A stretch of 61,934 nt of DNA, filler included. It is 3 parts of 3 records of this genome, joined end to end, with 100 filler letters (N's around TTAATTAATTAA, not from the genome) between each part and the next. Parts side by side here need not be neighbours in the genome. Positions count along the whole stretch, not along the records: positions 11,712 to 41,614 come from SRR22947725_8622; 2 more parts are not named here. The stretch is one strand, 5' to 3'. Below, one piece after another: positions 18,407 to 27,117 of this stretch. The position numbers and the translations under genes are program-made. The notes under the pieces are model-generated. The model was not told the origin of the DNA. It ran no database searches and saw nothing but the letters and a program-made list of their open reading frames with translations. Each line of letters begins with the position of its first letter. The first letter of the stretch is position 1.

Positions 18407-19192
18407 TTACCACGGAGTCATGGCGCCATTTACACAAATGGTCTGACCACTAGTAAAAGCCGACTCTTCACTCGCAAAGAAAAGTACCGCTTCTGCGACA
18501 TCTTGAGGAACTCCCCAGCGGCCTGCTGGAATAAGGTCTTCATACTCGTCTTTTACCTCTTGTGCGTCATCAACATGACGAACACCGGGAATCCAACCTG
18601 GTGTCACTATATTAACTGTAATTCCAAAAGGTGCTAACTCTGTTGACATACTGCGCGTCCAACCCATCTGGCCACCTTTTGCTGCTACATAGGCGCTGAA
18701 ATTTGGCACACTGCGCTGATAAACTTCACTACCGAGATTTATGATGCGTCCCCAGCCCTTTTTTTTCATATCGCCAATAACTGCTTGAGTCAAAAGATAA
18801 GGGCTTTTTATAAAAAAGTCGATCATTGCCTGATAAGTGTCCCAGCCATACTCTTCAATGGGCATTTGCGGTTGAGCACAAGTGGCGTTTGGTACCAAGA
18901 TGTCAATAACACCAAGTTTCTCTTTCACTTCAGCCACCAAGCCATTTACCGAGTCTCTTTCGATGACATTTCCACGGACGAGACAACCTTCGTAACCAGC
19001 GGCTTCGAATTCAGCAAAAACATCTTCGGCTCTTTCTTGATTATTGTAATAATTCAATGCGACTTTAGCCCCGGCTTTGCCGAGGGTCATCGCCATACTT
19101 TTCCCCAGGCCAGTTGTCGCTCCCGTCACAAGAGCGACATGCCCTGTCAAGTTAAAGCTTTGCTTAGCTTTTTTGGGTAATGGTGAATTCAT
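18407..19192 (-). CDS. Short-chain dehydrogenase/reductase
   Basis: TGATTGLG, YVAAK, GQTICVNG. Confidence 0.88.
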   Translation of the reverse strand: MNSPLPKKAKQSFNLTGHVALVTGATTGLGKSMAMTLGKAGAKVALNYYNNQERAEDVFAEFEAAGYEGCLVRGNVIERDSVNGLVAEVKEKLGVIDILVPNATCAQPQMPIEEYGWDTYQAMIDFFIKSPYLLTQAVIGDMKKKGWGRIINLGSEVYQRSVPNFSAYVAAKGGQMGWTRSMSTELAPFGITVNIVTPGWIPGVRHVDDAQEVKDEYEDLIPAGRWGVPQDVAEAVLFFASEESAFTSGQTICVNGAMTPW

Positions 19193-19222
19193 TTTTACTT
19201 TCCTGTATCATTCATATTTTTT

Positions 19223-19247
19223 GCAGGCAGGATGCCTGAAGTCCCAG
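19223..19247 (-). repeat. REP-like palindrome, copy C (variant stem)
   Basis: CAGGCA-GGA-TGCCTG hairpin followed by AAGTCCCAG; same geometry as copies A, B and D. Confidence 0.65.
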
Positions 19248-19268
19248 GGGTTCTTTTACTGAGCAGAC

Positions 19269-20201
19269 CTATCGGAGGTAACCTTCTGGTTCTCCATTAG
19301 TCGTAATGATTTGAATTCCATGAACCTGAATACCAGCGCCTTGAAACGCCCAGACAACTTTGCCTTCTTTGTCGACTTCAACGATCTTATTCGGCAACTT
19401 ACGAGCGCCATAATTAGCGGCAATTCGGTGGCCACTTTTAAGAACTTGACCTCCACAAGGGTCGGCAAAGTTTCCACCAGATGTCTTAAGATCGGCAACC
19501 CAAACTAAAGCGCCTGTCGAACTGAATTCGGCAATTTTATTGCCATTTGTCAGGTTAGCGACAACATTGCCATTCGGTAATTGAATCGCCGTAAACGGCC
19601 AATTTCGAGCTTTGCGGCCACCTATTTCTGGTAAGTCTGTTTTGATTATTCTCACCACTTTACCTGTTGGATCGTACTCTTTGATCGCAAAGGCTAAGAG
19701 ATGCGGTACGAGGTAATTGCCATTGGCTAATTTACGCGCCATGCGAGTCTGCATATGTGAATTACCAGTTTCCGGTTGTAGAGGAACTTCTACAGCTATT
19801 TTGCCTTCTTTATTAATTTCAAGAAGACGTGGCTTGGCTCCAAGCTCAGTGACTAAGGTATTGCCATTTTCCAAACGAATAGCAGTGCTTATTTCTTTAT
19901 TGGGTGCTTGTAATTTATACTCCCAAACAATTGAGTTATCTCTTTTGAATTCGCGAACATTTTTATTAGAAGCTATCAATATATTGCCATTGGGCATCAC
20001 ATATCCATCTCGTGAACCTCTTGGTCCTTCCCAAGCAATTTTACTATCTTCAGTGATAATTAATGTTCTTTTCCCAGTAACTAAAAACGAATGTTTTAGT
20101 CCGCTTTCACTGATTTGCTTAAACGCTTCTTCTGCCCCCAAAAATGGGCTGAAAAATGCAACTGCCGTCAGAGCTAGGCATAGTTTGATCTTGACTGTCA
20201 T
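19269..20201 (-). CDS. Secreted beta-propeller repeat protein of unknown function
   Basis: Signal peptide; repeated L[PEA]NGNxLV...E...G.VVW blades. Confidence 0.75.
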   Translation of the reverse strand: MTVKIKLCLALTAVAFFSPFLGAEEAFKQISESGLKHSFLVTGKRTLIITEDSKIAWEGPRGSRDGYVMPNGNILIASNKNVREFKRDNSIVWEYKLQAPNKEISTAIRLENGNTLVTELGAKPRLLEINKEGKIAVEVPLQPETGNSHMQTRMARKLANGNYLVPHLLAFAIKEYDPTGKVVRIIKTDLPEIGGRKARNWPFTAIQLPNGNVVANLTNGNKIAEFSSTGALVWVADLKTSGGNFADPCGGQVLKSGHRIAANYGARKLPNKIVEVDKEGKVVWAFQGAGIQVHGIQIITTNGEPEGYLR

Positions 20202-20219
20202 TGTCTTTTCCTTGAATTA

Positions 20220-21605
20220 TTAAGCTAAAATTTCAGGGATGATTTCCCCGTGAACATCAGTAAGACGGACATCGCGACCGCCATACCGGTAAGTTAGTTT
20301 TGTATGATCAATACCCATGAGATGTAGCATATTCGCATGCATGTCATGAACTGTCATTTTGTTTTCGATAACACGGTACCCAAACTCATCTGTTGATCCG
20401 TAAGTTGTGCCCCCTTTTATGCCGCCTCCGGCCATCCAAATACTGAATCCTTGCGGGTTATGATCTCGACCATTTTTGCCTTGAGCAAATGGCGTTCTGC
20501 CAAATTCACCGGCAAAGACAATCAAAGTGGAATCAAGGAGACCACGGCTTTTTAAATCTTTAATCAAAGCTCCAATTGGCTGATCAACAGCCATGGCATT
20601 TTGTTCATGACCCTTTTTCAAATTGCTGTGCTGATCCCAGCGGTCGCCATTCCCCGAATTAATAGTCAGTTCTATAAAGCGCACACCACGTTCAACCATA
20701 CGTCGGGCAATTAGGCATTGTGCACCATACTTTTTGGTATTTTTATAACTATGCTCAAGTCCATACATTTTTTTGGTTGCTGCAGTTTCCTTAGTCAGGT
20801 CGACTGCTTCCGGAATAGCAGACTGCATCTTGTAAGCCAACTCATAGTTCTGTACTGCAGATTCTATAGCAGGGGCATGCTGCGCTCGCGCCATCAGTTT
20901 TTTATCGATCTGATTGAGGTATTTTAGTTTTCTAACCTGAAGGCCATCCTGTCTTTCACGAGGTGTCACGTTAAATAATGGTGCCGCTCCTGGAAGGACT
21001 GTTGAGCCCTGATAATTTGCCGGAAGGAAACCACTGGTGAATGACTGCATACCGCTGGAAGGAACCTGGCCGCCATGTAAAACGACAAACCCTGGTAGGC
21101 TTTGATTATCTGTTCCTAAGCCATATGTCAACCAAGCCCCCATGGATGGGCGGCCTGACAATACATGACCAGAATGCAGAGCGTAGGTCGCATTTGGATG
21201 GTTAGGAGAGAATGCCGTCATCGAACGCATGACACATAAATCATCGGCCACTTTACCAATATTTGGAAAAAGATCACTTATCGGTAGGCCACTCTGCCCA
21301 TAGTTTTTAAATTCCCAAGGACTTTTGAGGATGTTACCGTTGTTATTAAAGACTGTCGCATCGACTTTAAACTTGGGCTTTTGACCATTGAGTTTCGACA
21401 AAAGGGGCTTCGGGTCAAAAGAGTCAACTTGCGAGACGCCGCCATCCATATAAAGAAAAATCACACTTTTTGCTTTAGGAGCAAAATGTGGGTTTTTAGG
21501 CGCCAATGGCAGAGGAGCGCCAAAGGATTCTGTTGCCATCATTCCGGAGACTGTCAGGGCGCCAACGCCACCTATTTTCTTTATAAAATCTCTTCTACTT
21601 ACCAT
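20220..21605 (-). CDS. DUF1501 family protein with Tat signal (copy 1)
   Basis: SRRDFIK; AKSVIFLYMDGGVSQVDSFDPKP, RPSMGAWLTYGLG, WDQH, GEFGRTP, GRDH, RLTDVHG. Confidence 0.93.
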   Translation of the reverse strand: MVSRRDFIKKIGGVGALTVSGMMATESFGAPLPLAPKNPHFAPKAKSVIFLYMDGGVSQVDSFDPKPLLSKLNGQKPKFKVDATVFNNNGNILKSPWEFKNYGQSGLPISDLFPNIGKVADDLCVMRSMTAFSPNHPNATYALHSGHVLSGRPSMGAWLTYGLGTDNQSLPGFVVLHGGQVPSSGMQSFTSGFLPANYQGSTVLPGAAPLFNVTPRERQDGLQVRKLKYLNQIDKKLMARAQHAPAIESAVQNYELAYKMQSAIPEAVDLTKETAATKKMYGLEHSYKNTKKYGAQCLIARRMVERGVRFIELTINSGNGDRWDQHSNLKKGHEQNAMAVDQPIGALIKDLKSRGLLDSTLIVFAGEFGRTPFAQGKNGRDHNPQGFSIWMAGGGIKGGTTYGSTDEFGYRVIENKMTVHDMHANMLHLMGIDHTKLTYRYGGRDVRLTDVHGEIIPEILA

Positions 21606-21636
21606 CTTATTTTCCTCTTAAATAAAATTTTCTATA

Positions 21637-21679
21637 TGGAGCTCTGCTCCAAACCTCGCCAAGGAAATTCTTTCCTTGG
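21637..21679. repeat. Double-hairpin intergenic element
   Basis: TGGAGC-TCT-GCTCCA followed by CCAAGGAAA-TTC-TTTCCTTGG. Confidence 0.6.
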
Positions 21680-21696
21680 ATCCTCTATCTATTTTT

Positions 21697-21721
21697 ACCG
21701 GCGAGACGCCGGCGCTCCCAG
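21697..21721 (-). repeat. REP-like palindrome, copy D
   Basis: ACCGGCG-AGA-CGCCGG hairpin followed by CGCTCCCAG. Confidence 0.8.
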
Positions 21722-21750
21722 CCTACTTACTATTCACTAATCCCTAACAA

Positions 21751-24700
21751 CTAAAAAAGGTAGATAAACTCCTTCCGGTTGATCATGATGTGACAAAACT
21801 CTTTCCATAGTTCAGGACTGTTCATCTTAAGTTTTTTCATGGTGGCAATATCCTTGATCGCAGCTGCGCCCCAAGCTAACTCTTCTTGTGTAGCTGGTCG
21901 GGCAAAGGCCTCCAAATGTATCGCATTTAACTTATCTTTTAATGTTTTGGTTTCGGCAGCATATTTTGTCGCCCAATTCTTAGCCTGAAGCTGGACAAAC
22001 TCGTCATTCATCAGCGTTAATGACTGGGCCGGAACATTAGTAACGTTTCGCTTACCGATAGACTCTGTAGCATTGGGCATATCAAAAGCCATAAAAAATG
22101 GTGGAAGGTAATTACGACGCAATTCCTGATAAACTGAACGTCTACCGGCACCATCAACTGGGCCAGACCGACCAGGAATCGCTCGACTACCAGGCATACC
22201 TTTTGTATTTACAGCAATACTCGGCCCGTACATCGTTTTATCCAGACTACCGGTCGTCGCCAGAATGTTGTCGCGAATCATTTCTGCAGTCAGACGCTTA
22301 ACCGGCATATGTTGCAGTAGTTCATTTTTAGGGTCGGCTTTATCGACGCCATGCCCCGGTAAAGATGACATCTGGTAAGTTGAGCTTAAAACCATTTGGC
22401 GAATCATCTTTTTAATCGACCAGCCTTTATTCACAAAGTCTTGTGCTAAGTAATCAAGAAGTTCTGGATGAGAGGGCTTTCTTCCCAACTTACCAAAGTT
22501 ATTTGTCGAGAAAACTAACCCACGACCAAAAATATGATGCCAGAGCCGATTGACCATGACTCTCGCTGTTAGAGGATTGTCTTTTTGAATAAGAGCATTT
22601 GCCCATTCCAAGCGACCACTGCCTTTAGGATTGAAGGCTTTACCATCTATACCATCGAGGAAATGACGAGGGTTCTTTTCATGACTCAAAGTTTTATGAT
22701 TGCCGCGAATGTAAACCGGCTCATCTGAGGAGGTCCCTTCGGCTAAACTGCGGACATAAACCGGCGACGGCATTTGCTGAGCCGTACTGCGATAAATCGC
22801 CAATTTCTTTTTAAAGGCCGGAGAGATACTTGAGGAGTTCTTAAGTATACCAGAATTTAATAAGGAAGTCAGAAGGTCGGCTTCATCAGCGTTTAACTGA
22901 GCTTTGTACCACTTCATCACCAGAGTTGTAATGTACTTCCCCATGGCCTCAGGAATATCCACAGTCTTGGTTGCTTTTAGACCTCTCCAGGCATTTGCAT
23001 CATCAAAACCTACGGCCCCTCTAACTGCTACATAAGAATCTTCATTGTGGTTATAATTGTACTGTCCACGTGATTTAAAATCAAAACTGGCGCCATTTTG
23101 AATCACTTCAATATATGCTTTTTCGCCTTTCCAAAGTTGAGTCCTAAAAGTTATGGGCTGCCATGAATCATTGTTCACGACCACTCTCAATCTATTGGTC
23201 GTCGGGCCTTTTCCTACTTGTTCATAATTTCGAACGATTAAATGGACGGCAGCATTTTTACCTTTTGCATAAAATGTAATCGGCTTACCATCGATGGTAA
23301 AGTCAGGTGCTCTAAGTGTACCGGCCTGTCTAGAAGAAAGAGAACCTGCCGTTGCTTCTCCTGCACTGATCGATTGAATCAAGCGCTCTCCACGAGATGT
23401 AAAAACAACATCTCCATTTTGTAGAGGTTTCGCTCCAAAGGCAAGTCCACTGTTGATGAGCTGACCAAATGAATTTTGCTGTAGACCATAAAAGTCTTTC
23501 TTCGTACTTTGCGGCTTGCGGTTTAGGTAGCCTTTGATCTTATTATCATCCTTCGTCATGGCCAAATCATAGAAGGTTTTAAGACCATTGTATTTTCTAA
23601 GCTGCTTTTGGTCTTTCGCTAAATTTTTGAGGCGCTGCACGAGCTTGGCATCGAGCCCTTTTACAGCTCCTTTTTCATCCCTCAAAGCTTTGATATAGTC
23701 TGGAATATTTTTAAGAGATTTTGAAAGCTCTTCAATGTACTCCTTAACCAAAGCAGGTTTCATCGCCTTCAATTTCGTCGCAATTTCATTTTGTTTCTTA
23801 GGGTTCGCAATATTGGCGTGATGGTAACGCGAAGATGAAATAATCCCGTATAAAGAGTAATAGTCAGCTGCCGTTATAGCATCGAATTTATGATCATGAC
23901 AACGGGCGCAAGCAACAGTCATGCCGGTAAAGGCTTTTGTCACGACATCGATCATCCCGTCAAAAACACGAGCTTCATCGCCGTGTATATCTGGGGGTCC
24001 GTGCTGACCATCTGTCAGGTAGATATATCCGGTACCAGATAGCGCTTCATTATTACCATTCTCTTTATTAAAACGAGGTGAAATAAGATCTCCTGCCAAA
24101 GCTTCTTTAATGAAGCGGTCATAGGGGACATCCTCATTCAAAGCACGAATTAAATAATCTCGGTACTGAAAGGCATGCGGCATGGTGTAATCCGCTTCAA
24201 AAGCTTTGGTTTCAGCGTAACGAACAACATCCATCCAATGACGGGCCCATTGTTCCCCATAATGCTTTGAAGCAAGGAGCCGATCGACTACTTTTTCGAA
24301 GGCTTTGGGTGATTTATCGGCTAAGAAATTATTGATCTCTTCTTGAGTCGGAGGAAGTCCTGTGAGGTCAAAAGTCACACGGCGAATAAGTGTTCTTTTA
24401 TCTGCTTTTGGAGCTGGCTGCCACTTCTTCTCTTGTAGTTTATCGAGGATAAATTTATCGAGATTATTTTGACCCCATGAAGTATTTTTGACTATCGGAA
24501 CTTGAGGTGTCTTAACCCTTTGCAAAGCCCACCATTTTTTGCGCTCTTCTAAATTGAATTCATCTTTCTTGAATTTCTCAGAGATCTCTTTCGTACGCGG
24601 ATCGGGAGCGCCCATCTTTACCCAATCTTCAATCACTTTGATTTCTTCGGGCTTCATCTTGTACTTAGTGGGCATCTCTTCATAATCTGGCAAATGATGG

Positions 24701-24972
24701 ATCATCTTCACTAGTAAGCTTTCTTCGGGCTTACCTGGCACAATCACCGCCTTGCCGCTATCGCCACCTTTAGTCCAGCCGGCTTTTGAATCCAGTAAAA
24801 GCTTTCCCTTTACTTTCTTTGAATTCTCGGAATGGCACTTATAACAATGTTCCTCAAAAACGGGTCTGACTTTCTTTTCAAAGAACTCCATCTCTTGACT
24901 GGAGATCTCAGCTAATAATGGCTGCAAGACTGCCATCATTAATAAGATGCTAAAAATTCTAAGGGTCATCAC
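21751..24972 (-). CDS. PSD1 / planctomycete cytochrome c domain protein (PSCyt1 + DUF1549 + DUF1553), copy 1
   Basis: Signal peptide; CYKCH and CARCHDHKFD heme motifs; [56 protein letters not shown]. Confidence 0.93.
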   Translation of the reverse strand: MMTLRIFSILLMMAVLQPLLAEISSQEMEFFEKKVRPVFEEHCYKCHSENSKKVKGKLLLDSKAGWTKGGDSGKAVIVPGKPEESLLVKMIHHLPDYEEMPTKYKMKPEEIKVIEDWVKMGAPDPRTKEISEKFKKDEFNLEERKKWWALQRVKTPQVPIVKNTSWGQNNLDKFILDKLQEKKWQPAPKADKRTLIRRVTFDLTGLPPTQEEINNFLADKSPKAFEKVVDRLLASKHYGEQWARHWMDVVRYAETKAFEADYTMPHAFQYRDYLIRALNEDVPYDRFIKEALAGDLISPRFNKENGNNEALSGTGYIYLTDGQHGPPDIHGDEARVFDGMIDVVTKAFTGMTVACARCHDHKFDAITAADYYSLYGIISSSRYHHANIANPKKQNEIATKLKAMKPALVKEYIEELSKSLKNIPDYIKALRDEKGAVKGLDAKLVQRLKNLAKDQKQLRKYNGLKTFYDLAMTKDDNKIKGYLNRKPQSTKKDFYGLQQNSFGQLINSGLAFGAKPLQNGDVVFTSRGERLIQSISAGEATAGSLSSRQAGTLRAPDFTIDGKPITFYAKGKNAAVHLIVRNYEQVGKGPTTNRLRVVVNNDSWQPITFRTQLWKGEKAYIEVIQNGASFDFKSRGQYNYNHNEDSYVAVRGAVGFDDANAWRGLKATKTVDIPEAMGKYITTLVMKWYKAQLNADEADLLTSLLNSGILKNSSSISPAFKKKLAIYRSTAQQMPSPVYVRSLAEGTSSDEPVYIRGNHKTLSHEKNPRHFLDGIDGKAFNPKGSGRLEWANALIQKDNPLTARVMVNRLWHHIFGRGLVFSTNNFGKLGRKPSHPELLDYLAQDFVNKGWSIKKMIRQMVLSSTYQMSSLPGHGVDKADPKNELLQHMPVKRLTAEMIRDNILATTGSLDKTMYGPSIAVNTKGMPGSRAIPGRSGPVDGAGRRSVYQELRRNYLPPFFMAFDMPNATESIGKRNVTNVPAQSLTLMNDEFVQLQAKNWATKYAAETKTLKDKLNAIHLEAFARPATQEELAWGAAAIKDIATMKKLKMNSPELWKEFCHIMINRKEFIYLF

Positions 24973-25135
24973 AAACTCACATAATATTTAAATCGTATAC
25001 TTACATTATGTACATATTCTCATTCTCAACACTATTATTTAGCCAAAGACTGATACTTTTTCCTCATTTGATGAAACTTTACTTGATTTTTTTGTAGAAA
25101 AAAGTGAAATTAGCTAGAGTTAATTAGGAGATTAT

Positions 25136-26008
25136 ATGGACCCACAACTTGAAATTGTCAGTAATTGCCAAAACAGCTCGTTTAATTATAAATTTGACGT
25201 AGACCTTTGGTCTGTTTGGCATTTTCACCCTGAAATCGACATTCTCATGACCTTAAAGAATCGAGGTCATTACTCTTGTGGTGATTATCTTGGCAATTTT
25301 GAAGCCGGAACCTTAGTCATGATAGGGCCTGACATATCTCATGGTTTTCAAACCCACGAAGAGCCCGATAACGACCCAGATAACCCAGCCTTAATCGCCT
25401 TACAATTTTCTCAGAATTCTCTGGGTCAGGAAATGCTCAAGAAACCTGAAATGAACGCCATCCGCCAACTCTTTATTGATGCCTCCCGTTGTATAGAGTT
25501 CAGTGGAGATACCAGAGATGCAGCAGAAAAAATTCTTTGGGAAATGAAGGACTTGAGTGAACTACAGCGTTTTGCTCACATTCTCATTCTGCTAGAAACA
25601 TTAGCGAACTCTCCAGAATCTGATCGCAAGTACCTAGTGAGCCCCAATTTTGCCCCAAACCTCAATCGCCTAAGTCAAAATAGAGTCAGTATTATAACTC
25701 AATTCATCATGACCAATCTCAATCGACAGATATCTCTTGCAGAAGCTGCAGAGCTCGTCAATATGAGTTCAAAATCCTTTTCAAGATTCTTCAAAAAAAA
25801 TACCGGAAAAAACTTCGTGCAATACGTCAACGAACTGCGTATTGGCCATGCCTGTAGAAAGTTAATAGAAACACAAGATAGCATCACTGAAGTTTGCTAT
25901 GACTCTGGTTTTAATAATCTCTCAAATTTTAATCGCCGCTTTTTAGAAATTAAAAAAATGTCCCCACGAGAATACAGGCAGGCCTACTGCCAACAACTGA
26001 CCCGTTAA
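25136..26008 (+). CDS. AraC family transcriptional regulator
   Basis: Cupin-like N-terminal WHFHPE; C-terminal double HTH with SGFNNLSNFNRRF...SPREYR. Confidence 0.93.
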   Translation: MDPQLEIVSNCQNSSFNYKFDVDLWSVWHFHPEIDILMTLKNRGHYSCGDYLGNFEAGTLVMIGPDISHGFQTHEEPDNDPDNPALIALQFSQNSLGQEMLKKPEMNAIRQLFIDASRCIEFSGDTRDAAEKILWEMKDLSELQRFAHILILLETLANSPESDRKYLVSPNFAPNLNRLSQNRVSIITQFIMTNLNRQISLAEAAELVNMSSKSFSRFFKKNTGKNFVQYVNELRIGHACRKLIETQDSITEVCYDSGFNNLSNFNRRFLEIKKMSPREYRQAYCQQLTR

Positions 26009-26877
26009 GATTTAAGAATATAAGCTTTCAAACCCTGATAGGCATCGAGTAATTCTTGCCTTAAAGGCTCGCCGGCCAATTTTAACCGCAACTGTTCTTT
26101 GACGTAAATCTCACGGCCCTCTGCAGTTTCTATATAAATCGGCTCGTAGCCCAAATGGCGCAGGTCGTATGGGCTGGCTTTCATATCAACACGCCGACAA
26201 TCCATCGCCAACTCAAAACACCGCAACATAAGGTCACTGCTAATCCACGGGTACATTTTAAAAGACCACTTATAGAGGTCCATATTGGCATGTAAACAAG
26301 CACTCTGCTCATAGACTTCTTGAGTCTCGCGGGTCGGGTGATGCTTATTTAAAGGAGCCGCTTCTGGAGTATAAAAACGCAAGGCATCGTAATGCGTACA
26401 TACTAATTGGCTTTCTTCGACAATATCACATATCGCGGACTGACTTAAACGCAAAGGGTTATTGTTATGACGAACTTCCTGAGCTTTGTAAATCATGGCC
26501 CATTCATGCAATCCGTAGCAATTAAAGCAGGCTGAATTGGCCATCGTTTTTTGGAGGAGACTGCTGGTCCAATCAAGAGCTTTTAAGCGATGGCTCGGAA
26601 TCCGTTCTTGTTTCAATTGAATGAAACCATCCTTTTGTTCAAAGCGATGCTCGGAAAGTTCTTCGTGGAAGTCACCTTCTAATAACACTCCGAAGCCTGG
26701 CGTCCACGAGATAAGGCGCTTGTACGGGAAAGAGAAATAACGAAATAAAAAGTCAATGACCGGGTGCTTAGCAGTCCGTTCTTTCGCTTCGCGCCAAGGT
26801 TTTGTTAATTCCTCTATGCGCTCGCGATGAGCCGCCATTTGTCCGGTCCAGTCTTCATATGTCAATATCTTTCTCAT
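26005..26877 (-). CDS. Conserved protein of the family commonly labelled 3-methyladenine DNA glycosylase (function doubtful)
   Basis: KHPVIDFLFRY, CYGLHEWAMIY, CTHYDALRF, EQSACLHANMDLYKW, DMKASPYDL. Confidence 0.7.
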   Translation of the reverse strand: MRKILTYEDWTGQMAAHRERIEELTKPWREAKERTAKHPVIDFLFRYFSFPYKRLISWTPGFGVLLEGDFHEELSEHRFEQKDGFIQLKQERIPSHRLKALDWTSSLLQKTMANSACFNCYGLHEWAMIYKAQEVRHNNNPLRLSQSAICDIVEESQLVCTHYDALRFYTPEAAPLNKHHPTRETQEVYEQSACLHANMDLYKWSFKMYPWISSDLMLRCFELAMDCRRVDMKASPYDLRHLGYEPIYIETAEGREIYVKEQLRLKLAGEPLRQELLDAYQGLKAYILKS

Positions 26878-26995
26878 GGCGCGTACACTAAAGTTTTGAT
26901 GAAAGATGTCTAGTCAATAAAGGGGAGAGGTCCACGAAAAAGGAAATGAAGGCATTCTAGGACGCCGATGAAAAGTTAGGGCGATGAAAAAAAGA

Positions 26996-27061
26996 TCCAC
27001 CAAAACCACAAAACTCACGAAAGAAGATATTCCTTTTAGTGTCTTTTGTGTATTTGGTGGA
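26996..27061. repeat. Long imperfect inverted repeat in a divergent intergenic region
   Basis: TCCACCAAAACCACAAAA...TTTTGTGTATTTGGTGGA; a related arm occurs at 14761-14790. Confidence 0.7.
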
Positions 27062-27117
27062 CTAAATTTTTAACTCCCTTATTATAATTTGGAAAGTAAA
27101 CTCAAGCTTGGACTGAC

